This document shows positions 19,390-32,220 of a stretch of 64,000 nucleotides of DNA, piece by piece; within the stretch, counting starts at the first letter, position 1, and the number at the start of each line of letters is the position of its first letter. The DNA is from an uncultured Acidobacteriota bacterium. Its GTDB lineage: Bacteria; Acidobacteriota; Vicinamibacteria; Vicinamibacterales; 2-12-FULL-66-21. The stretch covers positions 1,884 to 65,883 of the forward strand of contig CAWGAS010000002.1 of NCBI GenBank assembly GCA_963820645.1, written 5' to 3'. Both the position numbers and the translations under genes were made by a program. Below the pieces are notes generated by a model, which saw nothing but the letters and a program-made list of their open reading frames with translations, made no database searches and was not told the origin of the DNA.

Positions 19390-20310
19390 TCAGGCGCCGA
19401 TCGCGGCCCGGGGATTGTCGCGGGTGAGCCTGCGGACCGCGGACTCCGGCAGGTGAAGCGCATCGCGGAGATTGGCGGCGCTCTGCTCCATCGTGATGGC
19501 CGCGCCCACGAGGTGGGATCGATCGGGGGCCCAGGGGATCATGTCGTCGCCGATCGTGATGTCCCATCGGCCCAGCGTGTAGCGGCCGGGGCCGAGCCCC
19601 GCGGGAGCGGTGCAGTCGGTGACGATCACGCAGCGATCGTGGCCGGCGAGGCGCAGGTAATTCCCGAGCGCGACGAACGGCACGTGCGCGCCGTCGGCGA
19701 TGAAGGTGAGCCAGAGCTTGTCCGACAGGCTCAGCACACGCTGCACGATGTTGTCGTGGCGGTGCACCTGCATCGGGCACCCGTTGCCGAGATGGGTGAA
19801 CATCGACACGCCGGCGTCGATCGCCGCGCGCAGCTGGTCGATCGTCGGGTCGCAATGCCCCGCCGATACGACGATGCCCTGGGCCGAGAGCAGGCGGGTC
19901 ACGGCGAAGTTCGGGTCGCGCTCGGGCGCGAGCGTCACGATGCGGGTCAACCCGCCGGCCGCGTCCAGCAGGCGTGCCATCGCGTCCACGCCGGCCGGAC
20001 GGATCGCGTCGCGCGGGTGGGCGCCGCGGTAGCCGTCGGCCTCGTTGATGAACGGGCCCTCGATGTGGACACCGGCGATCAGCCGTTTGGCAAGGGGATC
20101 CGTCTCTCGAAGCGCGGCCAGCGTCGCGAGCCGGCCGCACATCAGGTCGAGCTGCTCGGTGATGATCGTCGCGAGGAAACCGCCGACGCCGTCAGCGTCG
20201 AGCCGCTCGCAGGCGTGGTGCAGCTCCCCGGCCGTCAGCCCCTCTTTGTTGAAGTCGATGCCGCCGTAGCCGTTGGCCTGGAGGTCGAAGTAGCCCGCGT
20301 CGCCGCTCAT
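19390..20310 (-). CDS. nagA: N-acetylglucosamine-6-phosphate deacetylase-like amidohydrolase (catalytic barrel only)
   Basis: Intact 306 aa. FDLQANGYGGIDFN (cf. E. coli NagA FIDVQLNGCGGVQFN), GVHIEGPFIN, IVVSAGHCD, MFTHLGNG, TFIADGAHV, VIVTDCTAPAG. Lacks the N- and C-terminal beta-sandwich segments of canonical ~380-aa NagA. Confidence 0.75.
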   Translation of the reverse strand: MSGDAGYFDLQANGYGGIDFNKEGLTAGELHHACERLDADGVGGFLATIITEQLDLMCGRLATLAALRETDPLAKRLIAGVHIEGPFINEADGYRGAHPRDAIRPAGVDAMARLLDAAGGLTRIVTLAPERDPNFAVTRLLSAQGIVVSAGHCDPTIDQLRAAIDAGVSMFTHLGNGCPMQVHRHDNIVQRVLSLSDKLWLTFIADGAHVPFVALGNYLRLAGHDRCVIVTDCTAPAGLGPGRYTLGRWDITIGDDMIPWAPDRSHLVGAAITMEQSAANLRDALHLPESAVRRLTRDNPRAAIGA

Positions 20311-20368
20311 CGGTGTTCACGATACTCCGAAACTCCTTGCCGGGCATTGGTGCGCCTGTTAGTCTCGC

Positions 20369-20461
20369 TCCGGTGGTGTCCGGCTTTAGCGGGACCAATC
20401 TCGGTGGCGTCCGGCTTCAGCCGGACCAATCTCGGTGGCGTCCGGCTTCAGCCGGACCAAT
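20369..20461. repeat. Tandem array of three 31-nt REP-like units (same hairpin family as 3697-3796)
   Basis: TCCGGTGGTGTCCGGCTTTAGCGGGACCAATC / TCGGTGGCGTCCGGCTTCAGCCGGACCAATC / TCGGTGGCGTCCGGCTTCAGCCGGACCAA. Ends 11 nt before the ATG at 20473. Confidence 0.85.
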
Positions 20462-20472
20462 GAGGAATTCCG

Positions 20473-21498
20473 ATGCTGTACACGAGACGTGAACTGGGGC
20501 AACTCGCGCTCGCGGGCCTGCCGTCGGCCGCTGCGTTCCTGAGATCCGGCTCCGCGTCCGCAGCGGCGCTCGCGAAGCCGGAGTCGAAGTGGGCGGGTGT
20601 CCAGGTCGGGATGAACGTCCCGTACAACTTCGGCATGGGGAACTACCTCAGCGGCGACGAGATTCTCACGCGCTGCGTTCAGCTCGGCGTCAGCGGCGTG
20701 GAATTGCGAATGCAGCCGGTGGAGCTCTTCCTCGGATCGCCTGACGCGATAGCCGGCGCAGCCGCCGCCGCGCGCGGACGTGCGGAGGGTGGAGGCGGAC
20801 GTGGCCGCGGCCGTGCCGGCGGAGGCCGCGCGGCGCTGACGCCCGAGCAGGAAGCGGCGCAGAAAGCCGCCGCCGAGGCGACGCGGAAATGGCGCCTGTC
20901 GGCGCCGATGAGCAAGGTGAAGGAATTCCGCAAGAAATACAACGACGCCGGCGTCGCGATCGAGATCGTGAAGGTGGACGGCATCTTCGGCTTCACGGAC
21001 GACGTGGTCGACTACGCGTTCGAGCTGGCCAAACAGCTCGGCGCGCGGGCGCTCTCGACGGAGATCTCGAGGGACATCGCCCAGACGGCGCGCGTCGGCC
21101 AGTTCGCCGACAAGCACAAGATGATGATCGGCTACCACGGCCACACCGAGACCGGGCCGGCCCAGTGGGAGGAGGCCTTCGCCCGCGCGAAGTACAACGG
21201 GGCGAACCTCGACATCGGCCATTTCATCGGCGGCCACAAGACGTCCCCGATACCGTTCTTGAAGCAGCACCACGATCGGATCACGCACATCCACGTCAAG
21301 GACAAGACCCTTGACGACGCGAACGTGCCGTTTGGCAAGGGCGACACGCCGATCAAGGAAGCGCTGCGGGTGATCCGCGACAACAAGTGGAAGATTCAGG
21401 CCACGATCGAGTTCGAATACCCGGTGCCGGAGGGATCCGATCGCATGACCGAGCTGGCGAAGAGCCTGCAGTATTGCAAGGACGCCCTGCTCGCGTGA
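20473..21498 (+). CDS. Tat-signal sugar phosphate isomerase/epimerase (xylose isomerase-like TIM barrel)
   Basis: Intact 341 aa. Twin-arginine leader MLYTRRELGQLALAGLPSAAAF, then GVSGVELR, IEIVKVDG, GYHGHTE, NLDIGHF, THIHVKD and ATIEFEY. Carries a Gly/Arg/Ala-rich insert at aa ~91-140. Confidence 0.8.
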   Translation: MLYTRRELGQLALAGLPSAAAFLRSGSASAAALAKPESKWAGVQVGMNVPYNFGMGNYLSGDEILTRCVQLGVSGVELRMQPVELFLGSPDAIAGAAAAARGRAEGGGGRGRGRAGGGRAALTPEQEAAQKAAAEATRKWRLSAPMSKVKEFRKKYNDAGVAIEIVKVDGIFGFTDDVVDYAFELAKQLGARALSTEISRDIAQTARVGQFADKHKMMIGYHGHTETGPAQWEEAFARAKYNGANLDIGHFIGGHKTSPIPFLKQHHDRITHIHVKDKTLDDANVPFGKGDTPIKEALRVIRDNKWKIQATIEFEYPVPEGSDRMTELAKSLQYCKDALLA

Positions 21499-22254
21499 AC
21501 ATCCGGATCGACAAGGACCGCCGCGCCATGAGCGAAGCGGCGGCGCAGCACGCGGCCGCCAGCCTCCGCGAGGCGATCGAACGAACCGGCAAGGCGCGGG
21601 TGGTGGCGGCGACCGGCGCCTCGCAGCTCGACTTCCTCAGCGCGCTCACCGCGACGCCCGGGATCGCCTGGCCCCGCGTCGAGCTGTTCCATCTCGACGA
21701 GTACATCGGCCTGCCGGCGGGTCATCCGGCGAGCTTCAGGCGATACCTCCGGGAACACCTGATCGACAAGACCGGCATCACGACGATCCACTTCCTCGAC
21801 GGCGAAGGGGACCCCGACGAGGTGCGCCGGAATGTCGGCCACGCGCTGGCGCGCGAGCCCGTGGACCTCCTGTTCGCCGGCATCGGCGAGAACACGCACC
21901 TGGCGTTCAACGACCCGCCGGCGGATTTCGACACCACCGAGCCCTACATCGTCGTGAAGCTCGACGAGGCGTGCCGCCGGCAGCAGGTCGGCGAGGGCTG
22001 GTTCGCGCGGGTCGAGGACGTGCCGGAAACCGCCGTGACGATTTCCATCCAGCAGATACTCGAGGCGCGCGAGAATCCTCGTGATGGTCCCGGACGCGCG
22101 GAAGGCGGACGCCGTGAAAGCCACGCTCGGCGGCGAGGTCAGCCCCGCCGTGCCGGCCTCGATCCTCCGGACCCATCCCAACGTCACGCTCTTCCTCGAC
22201 GAGGCCGCGGCCTCGCGCCTGGACCCCGCCACGCGGGCGCGCTACGGGCTGTAA
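21495..22254 (+). pseudogene. nagB: Glucosamine-6-phosphate deaminase/6-phosphogluconolactonase-family protein, 1 frameshift near 22075
   Basis: GTG at 21495 overlaps the preceding stop (GTGA). VVAATGASQLDFLSAL, ELFHLDEYIGL, LLFAGIGENTHLAFNDPPADF. After ..ILEARE the frame must shift to read [55 protein letters not shown]-stop (taa 22252-22254). Confidence 0.75.
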
Positions 22255-22263
22255 CCGGGGGAC

Positions 22264-22354
22264 GGGGGAGACAGGAGGAAGGAGACAGGAGACAGGGCGA
22301 TCGTGTCTTCTGGTGAAAGCCGTGGCGCTCTGCCTGACTCCTGCCTCCTGACTC

Positions 22355-22356
<2 letters not shown>
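22264..22356. repeat. Heptad inverted-repeat element: (GGAGACA)n - spacer - (CTGCCTC/CTGACTC)n; inverted copy of the 12697 element
   Basis: GGGGGAGACAGGAGGAAGGAGACAGGAGACAGGG..32-nt spacer..CTGCCTGACTCCTGCCTCCTGACTCCT. Starts 10 nt after the nagB-like stop and overlaps the gcvP stop codon (22355-22357). Confidence 0.7.
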
Positions 22357-25245
<2,889 letters not shown>

Positions 25246-25281
25246 CGAGGTGGTTTCTGAATGGCTGGAGGCATCCCGCTC

Positions 25282-25655
25282 CTACTTGGTCAGCTCTGCG
25301 TACTGTGCCGCGTCGAGCAGCTCCGACGTTTCACTCTGATCGGCGACCTTCAGCGGCGATCATCCACGAGCCGTGCGGATCGGTGTTCACCCGCTCGGGC
25401 TTCTCGGCCAGCGCGGTGTTGACCTCGGTGACCTCGCCGCTCACCGGGCAATACAGCTCCGAGACCGCCTTCACCGACTCGATCGTGCCGAACACGTCAC
25501 CCTTCTTGAAGCGTGCGTCCGACCTCGGGCAGCTCGAGATAGACCACGTCGCCGAGCTGCTTCTGCGCGTAGTCGGTGATGCCGACCTGCGCGACGGCGC
25601 CGTCGAGGCGCACCCACTCGTGATCTTTCGTGTATTTCAGATCTGCCGGATACAT
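25282..25655 (-). pseudogene. gcvH: Glycine cleavage system H protein, frameshifted
   Basis: [46 protein letters not shown]. After a shift it reads [24 protein letters not shown] (lipoyl-Lys motif ESVKA). Length 374 nt is not a multiple of 3. Confidence 0.85.
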
Positions 25656-25705
25656 CGTGTCTCCTGACGTGCAGGCTGAGCGCCTACGCTGCGCTGAAGC
25701 CTGCG

Positions 25706-26833
25706 CTACGGACGTGGCCGCTTGTAGAACGGCATCGGCACCACCTTCGCGCGGGCGCGGCGGCCGCGGATGTCGATCTCGAATTCCGTCCCGGGCGCCG
25801 TGCGATCGGCCGGCAGGTACGCCATGCCGATCGCCTTCTTCAGAAACGGCGTCTGCGTGCCGCTCGTGACGACGCCCGCCTTCTGGCCGTCCACGTAGAC
25901 GTCGTGGCCGTGGCGGGCGATCGCGCGATCGAGCACTTCGAAGCCGACCAGCTTGCGCGCCGCGCCCGTCGGCCTTCTGCTTCCGGAGCACGTCGGCGCC
26001 GAGGAACTCGTCCTTCTTCCAGCCGACGATCCACCCGAGGTCCGCCTCGACGACCGTCGTCGTCTCGTCCATGTCGTTGCCGTACAGGCGCATGGCCGCT
26101 TCGAGGCGCAGCGTGTCGCGCGCGCCGAGGCCGGCGGGCACGACGCCCGCGCCCTTGCCGGCGTGCAGGATCGCGTCCCAGACACGCTCGGCCGACGCCG
26201 GCGGCGACGAACACCTCGAAGCCGTCCTCGCCCGTGTAGCCCGTCCGCGAGATCGTGCACACGCACGCTGGCGACCTCGCCGGTCGTGAACCAGTAGTAC
26301 TTGATGCTCGTCGAGGTTCACGCCGGTCAGCGTCTGCAGCACGCCGCGCGCCGCCGGCCCCTGGAGCGCGAGCAGCGCGTAGCGCGAGCTCGTGTTCACG
26401 GCCACGGCGTCGCCGCCATCCCCGCGATCTGCTCGGCGATCCACTTGGAGGTCCTTGATGATGTTCGACGCGTTGACGACGAGCATGAAGTGCTCGTCCG
26501 CCAGCTTGTACGTCAGCACGTCGTCCACGAACGTCCCCTGCGGGGTCGTGAGGGCGGAGTACTGGATCTGGCTGAACGGCCAGCTTCGCGGCGTCGTTCG
26601 AGGTGATGTGCTGGACGGCCGCCAGCGCGTCGCTGCCGGCAATCTCGATCTCCCCCATGTGGCTGACGTCGAACAGCCCGGCGCGCGTGCGCACCGCCAG
26701 GTGCTCGTCGGCGATGCCCGGAGTACTCGACCGGCATGTCCCAGCCGCCGAACTCGACCATCCGGGCGCCGAGCGATCGATGGCGCGCGTGGAGCGGGGT
26801 TTTCTTGAGCGTGCCGGGCGCAGGCTGGGCCAT
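25706..26833 (-). pseudogene. gcvT: Glycine cleavage system aminomethyltransferase T, at least 4 frameshifts
   Basis: [39 protein letters not shown]; [33 protein letters not shown]; C-terminus [67 protein letters not shown]. Confidence 0.85.
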
Positions 26834-27008
26834 CAGCGGTGGATCGATCCGGACACGTGTGGGCGGAGGTGACCGCGGGGCATCGCGGATGACCTAGCAA
26901 CGGTACTATGCGGCTCGCCGGTGGGTCAAGGAGATGCGACGGCGGCGAACAAACCCAACTCGAGCCTGTGGCGCACGCTCTAAAGGCAGTCTTTGGAAGG
27001 AGACGATC

Positions 27009-27405
27009 ATGAAGCACGCCATGGGATTCGGTGCAGCGGCTGTCGTACTCGCGGGATTGTGGAGCGCCTTGTCCATCCCCGGTCTTGCGCAGAGCCCTGC
27101 GGTTCAGCAGCAGCCGCCTCGCGTGTACCGATATGCGTATGTCTCCCGGTCGAGTGTGGGCGAGCGGGTCGGCGCCGAGATCTGTTACGTGGAGTCGGCG
27201 GGGTGCCGCGTCGAGCTCGTGACGGTTCAGAACGTGACAGTTGCCCACGACCCTGGGCCTCATCGACGTGTCTGCCACCGTCAGCCGGGCCATGGTGAAA
27301 GCGGTGCAGAAACTCGGGGAGGGGCGCTGGGAAATGATCGGAAGCGGTCCGGCTTACGGCCACCCCGGCGACGTGGCCGCGGTCCATTTCAGACGCGCGG
27401 AATAG
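27009..27405 (+). pseudogene. Small secreted hypothetical protein, 1 frameshift near 27255
   Basis: GGAAGGAGA RBS 6 nt upstream. [28 protein letters not shown] (signal peptide)..[44 protein letters not shown]. After a shift it reads [48 protein letters not shown]-stop (tag 27403-27405). Confidence 0.45.
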
Positions 27406-27541
27406 GCCTTCGCGATCGATTGAAGCATCTCAAAGCCGGACGCCACAGGTGACCCGTTGGTACTGGTCTGGTCCTCCGCCATAGGGGCATACGCCTTTCC
27501 ATCGCCCCAGGGACGTATAATCCGTTCCGGTCCACATTCCA

Positions 27542-30278
27542 GTGACAATGGTTCTCGGAACAACGGTCGGGGGCTACCGGCTGATCGACGTGCTCGGCGC
27601 GGGCGGCATGGGAGAGGTGTTTCGAGCCGAGGACGTCCGGCTCGGGCGCGAAGTCGCCCTGAAAGTGCTGCACGACTCCCTGGCGTCCGATACCGACTGG
27701 TTCGCGCGCTTCGAGCGCGAAGCCCGTGTGCTGGCCTCGCTCAACCACCCGAACATCGCAACGCTCCTCGGGTTCAGGGATCTCGACGACCGGTGCGTGA
27801 TCGAGATGGAGCTGGTCCCGGGCGACACGCTCGCCAAGCGGATCGCCACGGGCGCCGTCCCGCTCAACGAACTGCTGCCCATCGTCAAGCAGATCGCGCA
27901 GGCGCTCGAGGCGGCGCACGATCGCGGCGTGATCCATCGCGATCTGAAGCCGGCCAACATCAAGATCACCCCCGACGGGCGCGTCAAGGTTCTCGACTTC
28001 GGCATCGCCAAGGTGCTCGCCGAAGGTCCGGTCCTGGACGTCGCGAACACGCCGACGTCGTCCGGGACGCGGCGCGAGCTGCTGCTCGGCACCCCGCGCT
28101 ACATGAGCCCCGAACAGGTGCGGGCGCTCCCGCTCGACCGGCGCACCGACATCTGGTCGTTCGGCTGCGTCTTCTACGAGGCGCTGACCGCGCGCCCGGC
28201 GTTTGCCGCCGACAGCGGCACCGACACTATGGCGGCCATCCTGAGGGACGAGCCGGACTGGACCGCATTGGATCACGTCCCGGCGATCATCCAGCGGCTG
28301 ATCCGCCGATGCCTGCGAAAAGATCAGCAGGTGCCGCCTGCGCGACATCGCGGACGCCCGCATCGAGATCGAAGAGGTCCTGAACGAGACCGCGGCGCTC
28401 GCATTCGCCCCCGGCGTCCGCGCCGGGTCCCGATCGCGAGGCCGCCGGACGGCCGTGGTCGCCGCTGCGGGCGCAGGCCTGGCTGCCCTTCTGCTGGCGG
28501 GTGGATGGGCCGCCCTGCGACCCAGACCGGCAGCGCCGCGGCTCGCGCGCGTCGCGATCGCGCTCGGCCCTGGACAGCACCTCGTTGCCGGGACCTCGAT
28601 GCCCTTCGCGCTCTCGCAGGATGGCGCGCGGCTGGCGTACGTGGCCGTGCGATCCGGCGCGCCGCCCCAGGTGTTCCTGCGCGCGCTCGATAGTTTCGAC
28701 GCGACGGCCGTCGGGGGCACGGAAGGCGCGACGGCGCCCTTTTTCTCGCCGGACGGCGAATGGCTCGGCTTCTACGCCGGCGACGCGCTTCAGCGTGTTG
28801 CGCTCCGCGGCGGCACGCCGCTCAAAATCAGCGACGCGCCGCCGGTGGCGTCCGGAGCGTGGACGTCGGACGACACCATCGTGTTCGCCACCACGCTCCC
28901 TGGTGATGGGCTGTGGCGCGTCCCCGTGTCCGGCGGCGTCCCGCAGCAACTGACGAAGCCCGACACCTCGAAGGGCGATCTGCGTCACACGCACCCGCGC
29001 GTCCTGCCGGACGGCAAGACGGTGCTGTTCACGGCGCTGGCCGCTGACGGCGCGTACACGGGCCTGCTGTCCCTGGACACCAGCGAGTGGAAAGTGCTGC
29101 GCGAGGCGCGCATGACTGGCGGCGGCCCGCAGTTTGTCGCGCCCGACCGGCTCGTCTACGCCGAAGCCGGCAACCTCGTGACGACGCCGTTCGATCCGCG
29201 GCACACGGACGTCCGCGGCGAACAGCTTCCCCTTCTGGAGCGTGTCGAGACTGCCGAGGACGGCACGGGCTGGTTCAGTGCCCTGCCGTCCGCGCTCGTC
29301 TATGTGCCGGGGCGGACGAGCGTGCCCCAGCGGACGCTGGTGCTGGTGGATCGCGAGGGGCGGACGACGTCCCTGAGCGACGTTCGCGGCGCGTACTCGC
29401 ATCCGCGGTTCTCGCCCGACGGACGCTTTGTTGCAGTGACCATCGACTCGGAATCGGGGAGCGATGTCTGGATACTCGACCTGCAGCGCGGCAGCCGGAC
29501 GCGCCTCACGAGCATCGGCGCCTCGAGGTTTCCGACGTGGACGGCCGACGGCGCCTCGATCGTGTTCCAGACGAGCCGCACGGCCGCATGGACGTTGTTT
29601 CAGCAGCGCGCCAACGGAACCGGGGCGCCGCAGCCACTCCTGACGGGCGCGCCCGCGACGCACGACGCGGTCATGTCGCAGATCGCGGCGAGGATGCTGC
29701 CCGGCTCGCCCCCCGCGCTGACCGGCGCGAACCCGCAGTATCCCGCCTCGGCTTCGCGGTCCGGGACACTCGCGTTCACCGAGAGACGGACGAGCGGCGA
29801 ACGCGACATCTGGGTCCTCGATCCCAAGACCGACCCGGCCCCCTTTCTCATGTCGCCGTCGGATGAATCGGCGCCGGTGTTCTCGCGGGACGGACACTTC
29901 CTCGCGTATGTCTCGGATGAATCCGGTCGAAGCGAAGTGTACGTGCAGCCATACCCGGGTCCCGGCGAGAAGTGGCCGGTTTCGACCGACGGCGGCACCG
30001 ATCCCGTGTGGGCGCCGGACGGCAGCCGGCTGTACTACCGGGCAGGCAGCCAGATCATGGCCGTGACGATTCAGACCGCGCCGGCCTTTGTCGCCGGAAA
30101 GCCGCAGCGGCTCTTCGACGGCGCGTTCGAGTTTTCCGAGCTCCACCGGAACTTCGATCTGAGCCCGGACGGAACGAAGTTCCTCGCGATTCGATCGCAA
30201 GGCGCCGAGCCGGCGGCGGAGTTTCGCGTGATCTTCAACTGGCTCCTGGAGCTCCGCGAGAAGGGACAGCCGCGATGA
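27542..30278 (+). pseudogene. Ser/Thr protein kinase fused via a TM segment to a TolB-like beta-propeller, 1 frameshift near 28330
   Basis: Kinase motifs GAGGMGEVF, ALKVL, HRDLKPANIKI, DFGIAK, GTPRYMSPEQ. After CLRKDQQ the frame shifts to RLRDIADARIEIEEVL, then the TM segment VVAAAGAGLAALLLAGGWAAL, then propeller blades (FSPDGEWLGFY, VLPDGKTVLF, FSPDGRFVAV..DVWILDL, FSRDGHFLAYVSDESGRSEVYV, WAPDGSRLYY, LSPDGTKFLA). Confidence 0.85.
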
Positions 30279-30685
30279 GGATCGTCCGCGCCGCGGCGCT
30301 CGCGCTGACATTCCTGGTGGCCGGGACACACGCCGGCGCGCAAGCCGTGGCTCCGCCTGTCTCGCCCGCCGAGGCCGGGATCCGCGAGGCGCTGCGGCAG
30401 TATTCGACCGCCCTCGAGAACCTCGACGCCGACGCCGTCAAGAAGGTCCAGCCTGCCATCGAGCTCGAGGCGCTCAAGAAAGCGTTCAGGGAAATGAAAT
30501 CGTTGAAGGTGGCCATCGAGGACGTGCGCGTGCTGGCGGCCGGCGACGACGCCGCGCGCGTCAGCTGCCGGGTGACTCAGACGTTGACGCCCAAAGCCGG
30601 ATCGAAGCAGACGACGGCGGTCACGCGCGTGCTGCGGCTGCGCCGGCAGGTCGGGGCGTGGACCATCGAGCTTTTCGAGCGCTGA
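30275..30685 (+). CDS. Small secreted NTF2/SnoaL-like (DUF4440-like) protein
   Basis: The ATG overlaps the kinase stop (ATGA). MRIVRAAALALTFLVAGTHAGAQA signal, then EAGIREALRQYSTALENLDADAVKKV..VSCRVTQTLTPKAGSKQTTAVTRVLRLRRQVGAWTIELFE. The fold assignment is tentative. Confidence 0.55.
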   Translation: MRIVRAAALALTFLVAGTHAGAQAVAPPVSPAEAGIREALRQYSTALENLDADAVKKVQPAIELEALKKAFREMKSLKVAIEDVRVLAAGDDAARVSCRVTQTLTPKAGSKQTTAVTRVLRLRRQVGAWTIELFER

Positions 30686-30721
30686 GATCTTCATCCGTCA
30701 GCGCGCTTGCGGAAGGAGTGT

Positions 30722-32179
30722 ATGACCGTGCGATGTGTCTTGCGTGTTTTCGGATGGTCCCTCGCTGTCGCGGTGGCGTTCCCGGCCCCCGGCCAGGCGC
30801 AGACGCCGTCCCCTCCACGCCTCTCGGAGCTCCTTCCCGATCTGATCCTCCGCGAAGTCACGCTGCCACGGCCGCAGGTCGCGGGTCTTTCGCACGAGGC
30901 GCACTTCAGCCCGATCGAAGGCAACGAGCTCGACAACCCGGCGGTCGGCATCGTGCGCAACTTCAACAAGCTCACGATGGTGCAGCTGTCGACGCAGCCC
31001 CTGGGGACTCCGGCCGGGGGATTCACCTACACGTTCGACGAGGCGCTGGGCACGTTCCGGAGGACGAGCACGAGCTTCGGACCGTCGTTCGCGGAGCGCG
31101 CCCTGACGCTGGGCCGGAACAAGTTCAACGGCGGCTTCACCTATCAGCGCACGCATTACACGAGCTTCGAGGGGCGCGACCTCAGTGACGGCTCCATCAA
31201 GTTCTACTTGCGCCACTCCGAGTGCTGCTCGCCCGGCACCGGAGGCGGCTCGGGCGGAGGCGGCGGCGGCCAGGGCGGCGGGGCCGGCCCGATCGAGCAG
31301 CCGAACGGCAGCCGGCTGAGCCCGCCGTTCGAGGGAGACGTCATCGAAGCCGCGCTGTCCCTCGACGCGACCGTGCAGACGGCGGCGCTGTCGTTCAGCT
31401 ACGGCCTCACGAACCGCTGGGACGTCGGCGTGGTCGTACCGCTGGTGCACATCGATCTCACGGCCGACGTCGACGCCACGATCGTACGGCTCGCGACGGC
31501 AGGGGACCCGCTGACGCACACCTTCGAGACGGGCAACCCGACAGCGACCACGAAGACACTTCGCGAGTCGGGCTCGGCGACCGGCCTCGGCGACGTGGTG
31601 CTGAGAACGAAGTACCGCGTGGCCGGCTTCGCCAACGGCGGGCTGGCGGGCGCGGCCGACATCCGCCTGCCGACCGGCGACCGCAACGATCTCCTCGGCT
31701 CGGGCGGCCAGGCCAAGCTGTTCCTGATTCAATCGGCCGGCTCGAACCGCCTGATGCAACACATCAACGCCGGCTACACAGCCGCGTGGGGCGAGGTGCC
31801 GAATGGGGGGCTGCTCTCGCAGCTCGGCGGGGCGGAATCGGTGCCCAACGAGTTCACGTACGCCGCGGGCATCGAGATCGTCGCCGAATCGCGCCTCACG
31901 ATCGTCGCCGACGTCCTCGGCCGCACGCTCCTCGACGCCGGCAGGCTCGAGATCGCGGACAAGCCCTTCGTGTATCAGGGGCGCACGAGTCAGGAAACGT
32001 TCAACTTCCAGGAGTTCGAACCGCAGGCGGGCAACCTGAACCTGACGCTCGGAACCGTCGGCATCAGGTTCAACCCGGTGCGCGACTTCCTCGTGTCTGC
32101 CGGCGTGCTGTTTCCGCTCAACAAGGCGGGACTGCGAAGCCGTCTGACGACCGTCGTCGGCATCGACTACGCCTTCTGA
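30722..32179 (+). CDS. Outer-membrane beta-barrel protein (MetA/phenol-degradation-type transporter-like)
   Basis: ATG at 30722 is preceded by GGAAGGAG (the track uses TTG at 30707). Signal peptide ..AVAFPAPGQAQ, alternating beta-strand pattern, and the C-terminal OMP signature ..TTVVGIDYAF. Gly-rich loop GTGGGSGGGGGGQGGGAG. Confidence 0.65.
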   Translation: MTVRCVLRVFGWSLAVAVAFPAPGQAQTPSPPRLSELLPDLILREVTLPRPQVAGLSHEAHFSPIEGNELDNPAVGIVRNFNKLTMVQLSTQPLGTPAGGFTYTFDEALGTFRRTSTSFGPSFAERALTLGRNKFNGGFTYQRTHYTSFEGRDLSDGSIKFYLRHSECCSPGTGGGSGGGGGGQGGGAGPIEQPNGSRLSPPFEGDVIEAALSLDATVQTAALSFSYGLTNRWDVGVVVPLVHIDLTADVDATIVRLATAGDPLTHTFETGNPTATTKTLRESGSATGLGDVVLRTKYRVAGFANGGLAGAADIRLPTGDRNDLLGSGGQAKLFLIQSAGSNRLMQHINAGYTAAWGEVPNGGLLSQLGGAESVPNEFTYAAGIEIVAESRLTIVADVLGRTLLDAGRLEIADKPFVYQGRTSQETFNFQEFEPQAGNLNLTLGTVGIRFNPVRDFLVSAGVLFPLNKAGLRSRLTTVVGIDYAF

Positions 32180-32220
32180 AACGCCGGCGCGCGCCCGCCG
32201 TCGTGGACGCTCAGCGGACG

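Noticed and set aside
26834-27008. Glycine riboswitch upstream of gcvT
   Set aside because: I read the minus strand upstream of the gcvT ATG. I found none of the conserved cores (GGAGAG..CACCG..GGGGCAA / CUCAGGC..GGAC) in either tandem aptamer position. An Infernal scan would be decisive, but nothing supports the call by eye.
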